Below are positions 1 through 9,767 of a DNA stretch of 25,209 nt, piece by piece. The DNA is taken from the IMG/VR virus record IMGVR_UViG_3300025652_000495, positions 1 through 25,209 of that record; one strand, written 5' to 3'. This DNA comes from a virus (lineage: Duplodnaviria; Caudoviricetes). Numbering within the stretch: the stretch's first letter is position 1; every line of letters begins with the position of its first letter. The notes beneath the pieces were generated by a model, which made no database searches, was not told where the DNA came from, and saw only the letters and a list, made by a program, of their open reading frames with translations. The position numbers and the translations under genes were made by a program.

Positions 1-1098
1 GAGGATGAGAGAAAGCAGATTTTGGCGGCTGAAGACTCAAAGGGTGACATAACTCAGGCGGCTCGTATTTCCATGTTCAAGAAGCTATTCAGGAACGATC
101 CCAACCGACAGGGCAACACGGAATTTCAGCGCAAGATGGCATACGCTATCACCAAGGGCGGCATGGCTACACCTGTCACCAAGGCTCTCGATGAGGGTAA
201 GATGCGTGAGTGGATGGAGCAAGACGCAGAGCTTCACGTCAGGCTAGGCACTATGCGTGATTCCGTAATGAGGCGCTTTGAGGGGCGTGACATCTCCGAA
301 GTCCCATACGCAGAGCTTAACGAGTCCATTGGCTCAGCACGAGTTCATGACGACAAGGAGACTGACTGGGACGATGACCTGAATCTCAGCAATGATTACC
401 AGCCAAAGACTGAGGAGGATGCTAGGTTTCAGGATGCGTATACCCAGTATGCCACCGCCCACAACATCAGCAAGAATCCTAATGACTACGAGCATTACTA
501 TGACTACAGGCAGGCATGGGAGGATGGCGCTCTGCGTGCAGACTCTAAGGGACACCTACCCTCTAAGTATAAAACAGCAGGTCATCCTCGGACATACATG
601 AGTCCTGACGGCGAGGCGTTTAGTTCCAGACCAAAGGAAGGCTGGACAGATACCCGCACAGACGAGATTGTGGGCGCAAACACTGGACTGCAATCATCAC
701 TCATAGACTTCGTCAAGGGTTTTGAAGGGTTCAACAGCAGTGCATACGATGATCATGGTCAGACTAGCATCGGTTACGGCACAGTGGCTGCTGACGGCGT
801 AACGTCAATCAGCGAGGAGGAGGCTGAGCGTGAACTGAAGCGGGAGTTAACCACACACCAAAATCATGTGCAGGATTATGCCAAGCTCAAGGGTTACAAC
901 TTTACTAAAAACGAACTAAATGCATTGACAAGTTTCTCCTACAACATAGGCTCTATCTACCAGTTGACTGCAAACGGCACACGAACAAAAGCACAAATCA
1001 AGAAGAAAATGCTTGAGTATGTGAACGCTAGTGGGCAACCCCTTGAGGGTCTTAAGAAACGGCGAGCCAAAGAGGCTGAGCTGTTCGGAAGAGGCTAA
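1..1098 (+). CDS. Virion-associated (ejection-type) protein with C-terminal GH24/T4-like lysozyme domain; 5'-truncated by the window edge
   Basis: The frame is open from base 1, so the TTG at 22 is probably not the real start. C-terminal ~130 aa carry GH24 hallmarks: LIDFVKGFEG-x5-YDDHGQTSIGYG, ALTSFSYNIG and LEGLKKRRAKEAELF. It lies directly upstream of the giant internal virion protein. Confidence 0.85.
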   Translation, partial: EDERKQILAAEDSKGDITQAARISMFKKLFRNDPNRQGNTEFQRKMAYAITKGGMATPVTKALDEGKMREWMEQDAELHVRLGTMRDSVMRRFEGRDISEVPYAELNESIGSARVHDDKETDWDDDLNLSNDYQPKTEEDARFQDAYTQYATAHNISKNPNDYEHYYDYRQAWEDGALRADSKGHLPSKYKTAGHPRTYMSPDGEAFSSRPKEGWTDTRTDEIVGANTGLQSSLIDFVKGFEGFNSSAYDDHGQTSIGYGTVAADGVTSISEEEAERELKRELTTHQNHVQDYAKLKGYNFTKNELNALTSFSYNIGSIYQLTANGTRTKAQIKKKMLEYVNASGQPLEGLKKRRAKEAELFGRG

Positions 1099-1109
1099 CA
1101 CAATATAAT

Positions 1110-4100
1110 ATGGATAATTCAATCGCAACTGACCTTAGTCCCGTTTACCCAGAGTCCGAAGAGGATAAGCTGGTAGACCCGAACCCAATGAAGGAACTGC
1201 CAAATCAGATGACAAACCCTCTGGGTGACTCAATGACACAGGCATACAAGGCAGAGGCAGTTGAGGCTGAGAAGGCGTTAGCGCAACGTAAGCAGCAGAG
1301 GATGGATGACATCTATTCTGCAACGAAGAATTTAGACGCATGGGAGACACACCTAACTCCTGAGCAAAAGAACCGCAAGATCATTAAAGGTCTTATGAGT
1401 GTTCAGCTGGGATACGTTCCTAAGGATGTAGACGCATACGAGCAGGCACGCCACGAGATGGCAGGCAAGTTCTTTGATGGCAAGGGCGGTGAGAGTGATG
1501 AGGCTATGATAGGCAACATTACTGAGCAGAGTCTCAAGCGCAAGGATCACGAGGATCTACACAAGGACTTGCAGGAGTTTGCTGTAGTTGCAGCCACTAC
1601 AGGTCAAAGCTTTGGTGAGTGGGCGGTAAAGAATGAGGGCGTGCGCACAGCATCACGTCAGCGCAGAGCCAGTCTCATGAAGTCCTTCCAAGGGTATCAG
1701 GCTGATATAGAGGAGCAGTATGGCGTTGCAACCAACGCTGCACGCACCACCTTCAACCTAATTAAAAACCAGAGTCCTGCAGCGGCTGTGAGTTACGCAC
1801 GAGGTATTGGCAAGGACATGACTGACGATGAGATCGAGGCATACCTTGGTCTAGTCCAGAAGGCTGTAGTTGATAACCCAGACAAGTCTGTCGAGGAGTT
1901 CGTAACTGAGCTTGGTGTAGACGAGGGCTTCCTTAAGGACACCATCAAGAACGTAACTTCACTAGCGTGGCAGGCGGCAGCTTCCCGCAAGGGCGTTAAA
2001 CAGATTTACGGAGACGCGGTGCGAATGACTCACGAGGCTGCCTCTGGTCTGAAGCAGGTGAAGGATACCATGTTTAAGCCTATCACTGAAAAGATGGGAC
2101 AAGACCTCAGCGGTGATCACGGCAAGCTCAAGCGTGGCAACGAGTTGGGTAATGACCTACGCCAGATACTGGCTTCAGACTACTCAGTCATCGAGCCAGT
2201 GTTCAAGACAGGCGCAATGGCGGCGGTCGAGCGTGGTGTATTCCAGATACCAGCAGCAATAGCTACCACAGCCACAATGATTGTCCCTTACGTTGGACTA
2301 CCAGCAACTTACGCGATGGTCGTGGGTGGTGAGCGTGAGAAGTATCGTCAACGTCTACTTGCTAACGGAGTAGGTAGAGACAAGGCTGCTGAGATAGCAG
2401 GCGACATGGGCTTAGTTAGTGCTATGCCGCAGATGCTGCTTGAGAAGCTACAGGCTGGAGCTTTCCTCGGTAAGTTCCCAATGTTCGACAAGCTGGCTAC
2501 AAAGATCACCAACAGGTTTGGTTCCAAGTTGGGCAGGTTTAGCGGTCGATTCGGGCTGGCTGCAGTCGGTGAAGCCAATATTGAATACGGTCAGGAAATG
2601 GTCAGTGAAGTTGTCCAGATGATGGGTGCTTCCTTTAAGGAGGAGATCCCTGACGTTCAGTGGACAGGTGACGGCGGCGTGTTCGATGGCTGGGCGTATA
2701 AGTATTTAGAGACGGCGGTAGCTGTTGCACCTCTGGGTGTGCTTACTGCTGTAGGTGGCGTAAGGCAGGACACTAGAGAGCTTGCATTCGCAGACACGGA
2801 CGCTAGAATCAGGGGTATGTGGGGTGTCCAGAAGGAGGACAACGAGCGTATTGATCGTGCTGAGACTGTTCAGGAGAAGATCGAGGCTGTAAGGATTGCC
2901 AAGGCTAATGCCGATCCACACTCAGACGAGGCTAAGGCGCTTGTCGAGGAAGAGGTAGAACGCCAACAGGAGGAGGCTAGGTCACTTGCAAACCTGCAAC
3001 GCGCTGGACTATTCCCTATCATTCGTGCCGACAAGAAGAACGATGGTGTCGTAGAGATAGTAGACCCAAAGACAAGAGAGGTTCTTGAGCGTGTGGACAA
3101 TGACCCAGCCGCAGCGGCTGAGGCTACTGTCGCATACATGCAGTTACAGGACGATGCCACACAGGCGCAGCTAGACGAGTTGGCTGGCATGGTTGAGGTA
3201 GCAATGATAGACGTTAAGAGCGCAGAGGGCGATCAGTCAGTCGAGCTTGACCTTGGCAACAACATGGACGTTAAGGGGTTACTGGAGATGTTCCCGCAAT
3301 ACGCTGAGCGTGTTGAGAGCCAGATCGAGAGACTTGAGCAGCTATCCGACAGGGAAGTATTTGATGGTGGTGACGGCAACATGTCCCGTGCTGTATACGG
3401 CATGAACATTCACGAGCATAACGCAGACCAGACCAAGACAACCAACAGGTTGTTCGCTAACACGAGTGCTATGACTGTCGTTCACGAGCGTGGTCACTCC
3501 TCATGGAAGCGTGCGCTGGATAGTGGCGCTACTACGCTCAAGCAGACCCATGACTTCTTCAAGCAACTCGATGAGACACTTGTAGGTAAAAAGGATCGTA
3601 ATGGCAACGATGTGCGCTTCCTTCCAGAAGGCACTAAGGAAGATGACTTTGTAGCACTGGATGAGGCTGTGGCTGAGTTCAGTGAGGTGATGGTCTTGCA
3701 GACACGCAAAGGCAAGAAGACTGAGATGCGTGACGCTGTAGGTAGACAAATGTCTGCTATGGTAAAGGCACGCAGGGCTAACGCCGCAGGGTTTAAGGGA
3801 TTTGTCAGGGCTATGCAGGACTACTTCGGCAGGGCGCTTGCACGTCACTTCTTCATCAAGAAGGCAATCAGTAGCGGCATGATCAAGGAGAGCGATCTCA
3901 ATGACTTCAACGCCATCCTACAGGGAAGCACTGAGCAGCAGGCATTTGATGACAACGCTACCAAGCTGGCTGAGTCGCTCAAGGATGAGATGAGCCTCTC
4001 GATTGGATCACGCCAAGACGCAGCCTACCTGTCTGCAGTCGAGAGCGGTGACGTTGAGACACAGCAGCGCATGGTGGACGAGGCTGCAAGGAAGGCTGGG

Positions 4101-7100
4101 TGGACAGCAAGAAGGTTTTATCATGGGACTCCCAATGGAGATTTTGAGATATTTAACACAGCCAAAAAATCCTTAAAGGACTCAAATACACAAGATCCAA
4201 ACACCATGATTGGGGCTCATTTCTCTGAAGACGAGGGAGTGTCTAAGCGTTTCGTGGATGAGTTATACGGAGGCAAGTCGGCTACATCTCCAAGATTGTT
4301 TTCGGTTTATCTAAAACTAGACAACCCACTTGGTGGAGTTATCAGAGGGTCTGACTATGAAGGCACACTTGAGTCTGCAAATCAAGCGAGAGATATAAGA
4401 AAGCAGGCGGGTGAATTGTCGGCAGAATTATTAGATTTTGAATTACAGGTGCAAGATCGTATAAGGGGTGATATTCCTTTGGATAGGTCGCTTCTGCCAG
4501 ACATAAGCGCAATGCTCACAAAGGCTAAAAACCAATATTTTGAAGCTCATCCAAACGACAGGCAAACCATTGACGATTATAATCGCAAGATTAAGGAACT
4601 CTATAAACAAGCGGAAGATATAGCACCAAACAGTAATGACGTGTCAGAGGTTGTTGTTGGTGGCAAGAAGGTTTTATTGCAGGGTGAAAGGGGGTTAATT
4701 AACGAGGATCAGTTTGGGCTTGAGGCTATTGCTGCTGCTGGTCGTGACTCCGACACAAAGGAAAGGGAACGTGTCGGCAAGAAACTGCGACAGGAAATAT
4801 TAAATGCAGGATATGATTCCGTAGTTTACAACAACCAAGTTGAGGGTGGCGTTTCTGTTGTTGTTACGCAGCCCAACCAGATTAAGTCAGCAGATCCCGT
4901 AACCAAGGATGCTGACGGCAACGTGATCCCACTGAGCCAGAGGTTCGATGCTGGCAGGGATGAGGTTTCATTTTCGCTAGGAGAAGTCCCCAAGGAGATC
5001 GAGAAAGCTAAAGATCCTATAGTTAAGCACATATTCCTCAAGGAGGACGGCAAGTTTTACGAGAAGATGAAGGACGGCTATGTAGTTATCGAGCAGTCAC
5101 TTGACCAATTTGAAGGCATGGCGATCATGCTGCACCAACCAGACGGCGCAATGGCTGGCACTGTCGAGGTCGATGGTGAGCAGGTCGTGGCTGGCAAGGG
5201 CGGGGTTTACTACCCAGTCATGTTCGGTGATAAAGGTTACTTCTGGGCTTCCACTAAGGATGCCGCTAAGGGAATGGCTAAGTCACTCAACGCAATCTCA
5301 AAGCGTAACAACGGAACTATCCTAATGGCGCTGACATCAGCACCTATCGAGAAGATGTTCAGTTCCACCACCATGTCTACTGGTGCGCTTGACCTTTTCC
5401 ATACGCTGGCTAAAAACCCTAAGAAATATGGTGTCACCAAGGAGGAGCTAAACAAGGCTATCGCTACTGGTAGTCAGGCTACACTCGTCAAGGAGACGAA
5501 GGATGAGGACACTGGTGAGGTCACTAGGACGGTCAAACAATTTCCGAACAAGCTCAAGGAGACAGACAGCTTAGCTAAGAACCTTAAGGAGATGAAGAAG
5601 AACCTCCTTCCAGATGCTTCCATCTTCGGACAGCGTGGCGCATTCGTGCAACACATTGCTGCGGCGATGGCTGAGCATATGAAGCTACCTACGCAACCTG
5701 AGGTTAAGAAGCTTGATGCCAAGGGCAAAGCTGCATACGAAGTTAAGAAGCAGCAGGCGCTCAACATTGCTAACCTGCTCGCTGGGGAGAAGAACCTTTA
5801 CAACCTCACGCGCATACCAAAAGGGAATCTGGCAACGTCATCCGTCATGCAGGGCATGGCAGACCTATTCGCTGAGCCGCTAGTCAAGACCTTCCAGTCA
5901 CTTACAAAGGATAAGAAGTCACCATCTGGTCGCATCTACGCTGTGCTGGAGATGAAGGGTGAGGTTGAGGCTTTCGAGACTGACGATCACGAGTCGTATC
6001 CGTTCGCACTTCGCAGCACGTCTGGGCAAGAGCCTACAGTCCATGTCCTAGAGAACTCCAACAGGTGGCAGGACGTTGTATACGCTGCACCAAACAAGAA
6101 GAACAAGGATGACGATCAACCTGCATACGATGGTAACACAAACCCAGTCAAGAAGGCAGACGAGTCCAGTATGTTCCCACCATCGGCTGGCGTATCAACG
6201 CGCGAGATGATCTTACGGAAAGCTGACGAGGGTGCTGAGTCCATTAAGCTCTCATTCTCCATCGGAGACAGGCAGATGAATGATACCATAATCAACAGCG
6301 CCGCCATGCGTATGCGTGATCCTGCTGGCGTGGCTATCGTCCTGCGTGCCATCACTAAGAACATTGATTCGCTGAAGCGTGAAGTCCCCAAGGTGATCAA
6401 GGCTTTCGGTAAGGAGTTAACTCAAGAGCCTATCGTGGATGCACGCCTGATGGGTGACCTGAGGACTGAGGCTCGCGAGATGCGCAGAGATGCGCTTGAG
6501 GAGGCTGAGAATAAGATTTATGACGAGCATGGTGACCTGTTATCCAATGAGGATTTAACCAAGCTCACTACGCAACCAGTCACAGCATTCATCTTAGCGG
6601 AGGGCGGCATAGAGTCCGTCTCTGGAGCTAAGCGGAGGAAGGGTGACGCTGCACTTAAGGCTGGTGAATACGAAGAGGCTGGTGGTCTGCCATCACTCTA
6701 CTACGGCGGTTCACAGTCCCCTGACCAGATGGCACTACAGCTATACAACGATGGAGTCACCAATGATCCAGACGTAAGCACCATGATGGATGCTATCCAG
6801 CGGGAGATGGTCAGCGTTAGCAATCGCAAGAGCGAGATGAAGACGGCGCAGAAGAAGATGAAGGCTGCACGTAGCAAGGCTAGTAAGGACGCAGAGGAGT
6901 GGCTCAACGAGCGCATAGCTGAACAGGAGCGTGACTACAGCTACAAGGCTAGGGCTACTCGTGCGCTACAGAAGCTTAGTGCTATCCGTAGGGCATTACC
7001 TATGGAGTTGCGTGGCAAGATCGTTGGAGATGCCAAGCTGCTCGGTATGGGTGACGAGGCACGTCTGAAGTATTTAGAGAAGACAGTCGCCAAGGTTGAC

Positions 7101-9719
7101 AAGGAGATCGACAAGTGGGTCAGGCAGCACACAGACAAGGCTATCGCTCAGTCATACAAGATACTGGGTAAGAAGAAGTTGTCGCCTGAGACTGAGGCAG
7201 AACTAAAGACCATCAAGTCTCTAGGTAAGATGACTGCGCTGCAGGTTAACGAGGCAATGCGCAAGCTGCATGAGAAGTTGGAAGACCCCAAGATCACAGA
7301 GGCTGGTGTGGAGGACGTTCACCTACAGATATCTGAGCTTGGCACATACGGCAACCAGAGTGACATGAGTTCTGCGATGCGTATCAACCTACTAGAGGCG
7401 CTGAATGTAATCGTCAAGCGCGGCAAGACCATACGTGCGGTAAAGGCGCAGGAGCGTGCTATCGAGAACGCTGCCAATCAGGAGATGGTGATAGACGTTG
7501 TCTCTGGAGGCAAGGGTAAGATGACCAGACCACAGAGTGCCAAGCAGAGGGAGAAGATGCGCAAGGACATTAACAGCTTCCTTAAGTCCAGCAAGAATAC
7601 ATCGAAGACATTTCATGGTAAGAACCTAGCATTTGAGGGGCTGCTTAATATGCTCTCAAGACTGGACACTGGTTCAGGCACTTACCAGAGCAGGCTCAGC
7701 AAGAAGTTTCAGGAGATGGTTCACAACGCAACCCGCATGAACAAGCGGTTGGACTGGAGGTCTACTGACGCATACAATAAAAAGATGCGCGAGATATTCG
7801 GATTCAGTGGAGTCATGCTCACCAACAAGATTCATGAACACTTCATGGTTACAGACCCAAAAGGTTCTGGTGTCGAGATACTCAAGTATGATGGTGACTC
7901 CTCTGTGGAGTCTAGGTCTATACCACTTGAGAAGGCTAAGTTACTGTTGGCGAATGAGTTGGACTTAGAGGCACATGGGCTAAACGCTCGTGACGCTGAG
8001 CAGATCATGGAGGCATATAACGCCATGATCGCAAACCCTAAGAGCAAGCTCACAAGCAAGACTAAGGTCAAGTGGCAGCATGAGAAGACTGGGAAGCCAG
8101 AGGCTCTAGTGGTATCGCAGGGTTCAGCTATCTCGCTCATTATGATGTATCGTCAGGCTGAGATCAAGAAGTCCATGATCAGGGAGGGCTACACTGAGGA
8201 TGCTATGGAGAAGCTCGAGAACGAGTTCCTTACAGACGAGTCCAAGCAGGCGCTGGAGTGGCTAGCGGAGCAGTATGAGGAAAACTACGAGGTAGTCAAC
8301 GCAGTGTATCGCCAGCAGCATGGAGTGGATCTACCTAAGATTGACTTCTACGCACCCGTCAGGAGGATTGCCGACACTAGGGTAGACGACCTTGAACTAG
8401 GCGGCTCAGCGTCCAACTTCGGATCATCACCCGCAATGCTCATGGAGCGTGTCTCCAACCTCAATCAGGTTGACCAGAGCGTTAACGCACTGACTCTATA
8501 CAACGAACACATGACTGCGTCCAATCACTATGTGTCATGGACTGACACGATTAGGCAGATGCGTGACACGTTCAACCAGAAGGATGTCAGGAAGGCTATC
8601 GAGGACTACGTGAGTCCAGAGGTATACAAGCTACTCAACGAGCGCATCCAGTGGATGGCAGACGGCGGCAACAGGAAGCGGGACAGGGGTGTTATCCTCG
8701 ACAAGATGCGTATGGCGCACACCTTCTCCTCGCTGGCGTATGACCTTGGCATCATGATCAAGCAGTTCTCTTCACTACCCGCTTACGGGTTTGACATGGG
8801 TATGCGTAACTGGCTGAAGTATCAGACACAGTTCTTCAAGAACCCCATCGAGAATGCCAAGTCAATGATCGACACTGAATACGTTCAGTTGCGATTCAGG
8901 GATGGTTACTCTCGTGACGTGGCTGAGGGACTCAAGATACAGGGCGGTAACAAGTTTCAGAACTGGGTGCTTGCAGGCTTCAAGGCTGGCATGATGGTAG
9001 GTAAGGTGGGCGACATCGTTCCTGTCATCGCTGGTGGGTGGGCTGTAAGGCAGCACGCTTACGACAAGGCACGCAAGACTATGAGCAAGGAGGACGCAAT
9101 GACTCGTGCTACACTTGAATTTGAGATGGCTACCGACAGGTCACAGCAGGCTGTGGACATGAAGGACTTAAGCTCCTACTCAGGTGGTGGTTCTATTGCC
9201 AAGCTGTTCACCATGTATAAGACCTCACCTCGCCAGTATTATGCGGTTGCCTACGAGGCGCTACTTGATGCTTCTGCTGGACGTGGATCTAAAAAGGATG
9301 CGGTTCGCAAGATGCTGATCGCTCACACTGTCTTGCCTGTCGTTTTCCAGTTTATCTCGGACTCATGGAAGATGATCGGCGATGACGATAAAGAGTATGA
9401 GTGGGAGGACTACGTGCGTGCCATGCTTCTCGGACCGATAAACGGTCTGTTCCTTGCGGGTGAGGCGGCATCACCGCTTGCGGCATTGATCGCAGGGTCT
9501 GATGTATACGAGCCACGTATGCCAGTCTACCAGTCAGGAGCTAAGCTGATCAGGGCAGCGATGGCTTATGGAAGGCGTGACTTTTGGGAGAATGTCCACG
9601 AAACTGCAGATGCTGTGGGTAAGTTCTCCCCCGCAAAAGCTACGGACATTCTTACTTACTACTCTATCATCAGTAAACAAAGCAAAAGCCTACTAGGGAG
9701 AAGCGGTCTGTTTGACTAG
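1110..9719 (+). CDS. Giant (2869 aa) polyvalent internal virion / DNA-ejection protein with zincin metallopeptidase motif and ART-PolyVal-like ADP-ribosyltransferase module
   Basis: HERGH at 3483-3497 with downstream DEAVAE. FYHGT...GAHFSED...VYLKLDNPL...GYDSVV...PNQIKSADPVT at ~4116-4900. Gly/Ala-rich hydrophobic stretch near the N-terminus and a long helical C-terminus. It sits between the lysozyme virion gene and the tail fibre, as podovirus ejection proteins do. Confidence 0.8.
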   Translation: MDNSIATDLSPVYPESEEDKLVDPNPMKELPNQMTNPLGDSMTQAYKAEAVEAEKALAQRKQQRMDDIYSATKNLDAWETHLTPEQKNRKIIKGLMSVQLGYVPKDVDAYEQARHEMAGKFFDGKGGESDEAMIGNITEQSLKRKDHEDLHKDLQEFAVVAATTGQSFGEWAVKNEGVRTASRQRRASLMKSFQGYQADIEEQYGVATNAARTTFNLIKNQSPAAAVSYARGIGKDMTDDEIEAYLGLVQKAVVDNPDKSVEEFVTELGVDEGFLKDTIKNVTSLAWQAAASRKGVKQIYGDAVRMTHEAASGLKQVKDTMFKPITEKMGQDLSGDHGKLKRGNELGNDLRQILASDYSVIEPVFKTGAMAAVERGVFQIPAAIATTATMIVPYVGLPATYAMVVGGEREKYRQRLLANGVGRDKAAEIAGDMGLVSAMPQMLLEKLQAGAFLGKFPMFDKLATKITNRFGSKLGRFSGRFGLAAVGEANIEYGQEMVSEVVQMMGASFKEEIPDVQWTGDGGVFDGWAYKYLETAVAVAPLGVLTAVGGVRQDTRELAFADTDARIRGMWGVQKEDNERIDRAETVQEKIEAVRIAKANADPHSDEAKALVEEEVERQQEEARSLANLQRAGLFPIIRADKKNDGVVEIVDPKTREVLERVDNDPAAAAEATVAYMQLQDDATQAQLDELAGMVEVAMIDVKSAEGDQSVELDLGNNMDVKGLLEMFPQYAERVESQIERLEQLSDREVFDGGDGNMSRAVYGMNIHEHNADQTKTTNRLFANTSAMTVVHERGHSSWKRALDSGATTLKQTHDFFKQLDETLVGKKDRNGNDVRFLPEGTKEDDFVALDEAVAEFSEVMVLQTRKGKKTEMRDAVGRQMSAMVKARRANAAGFKGFVRAMQDYFGRALARHFFIKKAISSGMIKESDLNDFNAILQGSTEQQAFDDNATKLAESLKDEMSLSIGSRQDAAYLSAVESGDVETQQRMVDEAARKAGWTARRFYHGTPNGDFEIFNTAKKSLKDSNTQDPNTMIGAHFSEDEGVSKRFVDELYGGKSATSPRLFSVYLKLDNPLGGVIRGSDYEGTLESANQARDIRKQAGELSAELLDFELQVQDRIRGDIPLDRSLLPDISAMLTKAKNQYFEAHPNDRQTIDDYNRKIKELYKQAEDIAPNSNDVSEVVVGGKKVLLQGERGLINEDQFGLEAIAAAGRDSDTKERERVGKKLRQEILNAGYDSVVYNNQVEGGVSVVVTQPNQIKSADPVTKDADGNVIPLSQRFDAGRDEVSFSLGEVPKEIEKAKDPIVKHIFLKEDGKFYEKMKDGYVVIEQSLDQFEGMAIMLHQPDGAMAGTVEVDGEQVVAGKGGVYYPVMFGDKGYFWASTKDAAKGMAKSLNAISKRNNGTILMALTSAPIEKMFSSTTMSTGALDLFHTLAKNPKKYGVTKEELNKAIATGSQATLVKETKDEDTGEVTRTVKQFPNKLKETDSLAKNLKEMKKNLLPDASIFGQRGAFVQHIAAAMAEHMKLPTQPEVKKLDAKGKAAYEVKKQQALNIANLLAGEKNLYNLTRIPKGNLATSSVMQGMADLFAEPLVKTFQSLTKDKKSPSGRIYAVLEMKGEVEAFETDDHESYPFALRSTSGQEPTVHVLENSNRWQDVVYAAPNKKNKDDDQPAYDGNTNPVKKADESSMFPPSAGVSTREMILRKADEGAESIKLSFSIGDRQMNDTIINSAAMRMRDPAGVAIVLRAITKNIDSLKREVPKVIKAFGKELTQEPIVDARLMGDLRTEAREMRRDALEEAENKIYDEHGDLLSNEDLTKLTTQPVTAFILAEGGIESVSGAKRRKGDAALKAGEYEEAGGLPSLYYGGSQSPDQMALQLYNDGVTNDPDVSTMMDAIQREMVSVSNRKSEMKTAQKKMKAARSKASKDAEEWLNERIAEQERDYSYKARATRALQKLSAIRRALPMELRGKIVGDAKLLGMGDEARLKYLEKTVAKVDKEIDKWVRQHTDKAIAQSYKILGKKKLSPETEAELKTIKSLGKMTALQVNEAMRKLHEKLEDPKITEAGVEDVHLQISELGTYGNQSDMSSAMRINLLEALNVIVKRGKTIRAVKAQERAIENAANQEMVIDVVSGGKGKMTRPQSAKQREKMRKDINSFLKSSKNTSKTFHGKNLAFEGLLNMLSRLDTGSGTYQSRLSKKFQEMVHNATRMNKRLDWRSTDAYNKKMREIFGFSGVMLTNKIHEHFMVTDPKGSGVEILKYDGDSSVESRSIPLEKAKLLLANELDLEAHGLNARDAEQIMEAYNAMIANPKSKLTSKTKVKWQHEKTGKPEALVVSQGSAISLIMMYRQAEIKKSMIREGYTEDAMEKLENEFLTDESKQALEWLAEQYEENYEVVNAVYRQQHGVDLPKIDFYAPVRRIADTRVDDLELGGSASNFGSSPAMLMERVSNLNQVDQSVNALTLYNEHMTASNHYVSWTDTIRQMRDTFNQKDVRKAIEDYVSPEVYKLLNERIQWMADGGNRKRDRGVILDKMRMAHTFSSLAYDLGIMIKQFSSLPAYGFDMGMRNWLKYQTQFFKNPIENAKSMIDTEYVQLRFRDGYSRDVAEGLKIQGGNKFQNWVLAGFKAGMMVGKVGDIVPVIAGGWAVRQHAYDKARKTMSKEDAMTRATLEFEMATDRSQQAVDMKDLSSYSGGGSIAKLFTMYKTSPRQYYAVAYEALLDASAGRGSKKDAVRKMLIAHTVLPVVFQFISDSWKMIGDDDKEYEWEDYVRAMLLGPINGLFLAGEAASPLAALIAGSDVYEPRMPVYQSGAKLIRAAMAYGRRDFWENVHETADAVGKFSPAKATDILTYYSIISKQSKSLLGRSGLFD

Positions 9720-9721
9720 TG

Positions 9722-9750
9722 TTGACTTTTCACCCCATCTATATCATAAT
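9722..9750 (+). promoter_or_regulatory. Sigma70-type promoter for the tail fibre/lysis genes
   Basis: TTGACT (9722-9727), 17-bp spacer, CATAAT (9745-9750), in the intergenic gap; ATG at 9768. Confidence 0.65.
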
Positions 9751-9767
9751 ATTAAGCCAAATAACCA

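Noticed and set aside
1104-1109. Perfect TATAAT before the giant gene
   Set aside because: It abuts the ATG at 1110, leaving no room for a start site, and has no -35; more likely an AT-rich translation initiation region.
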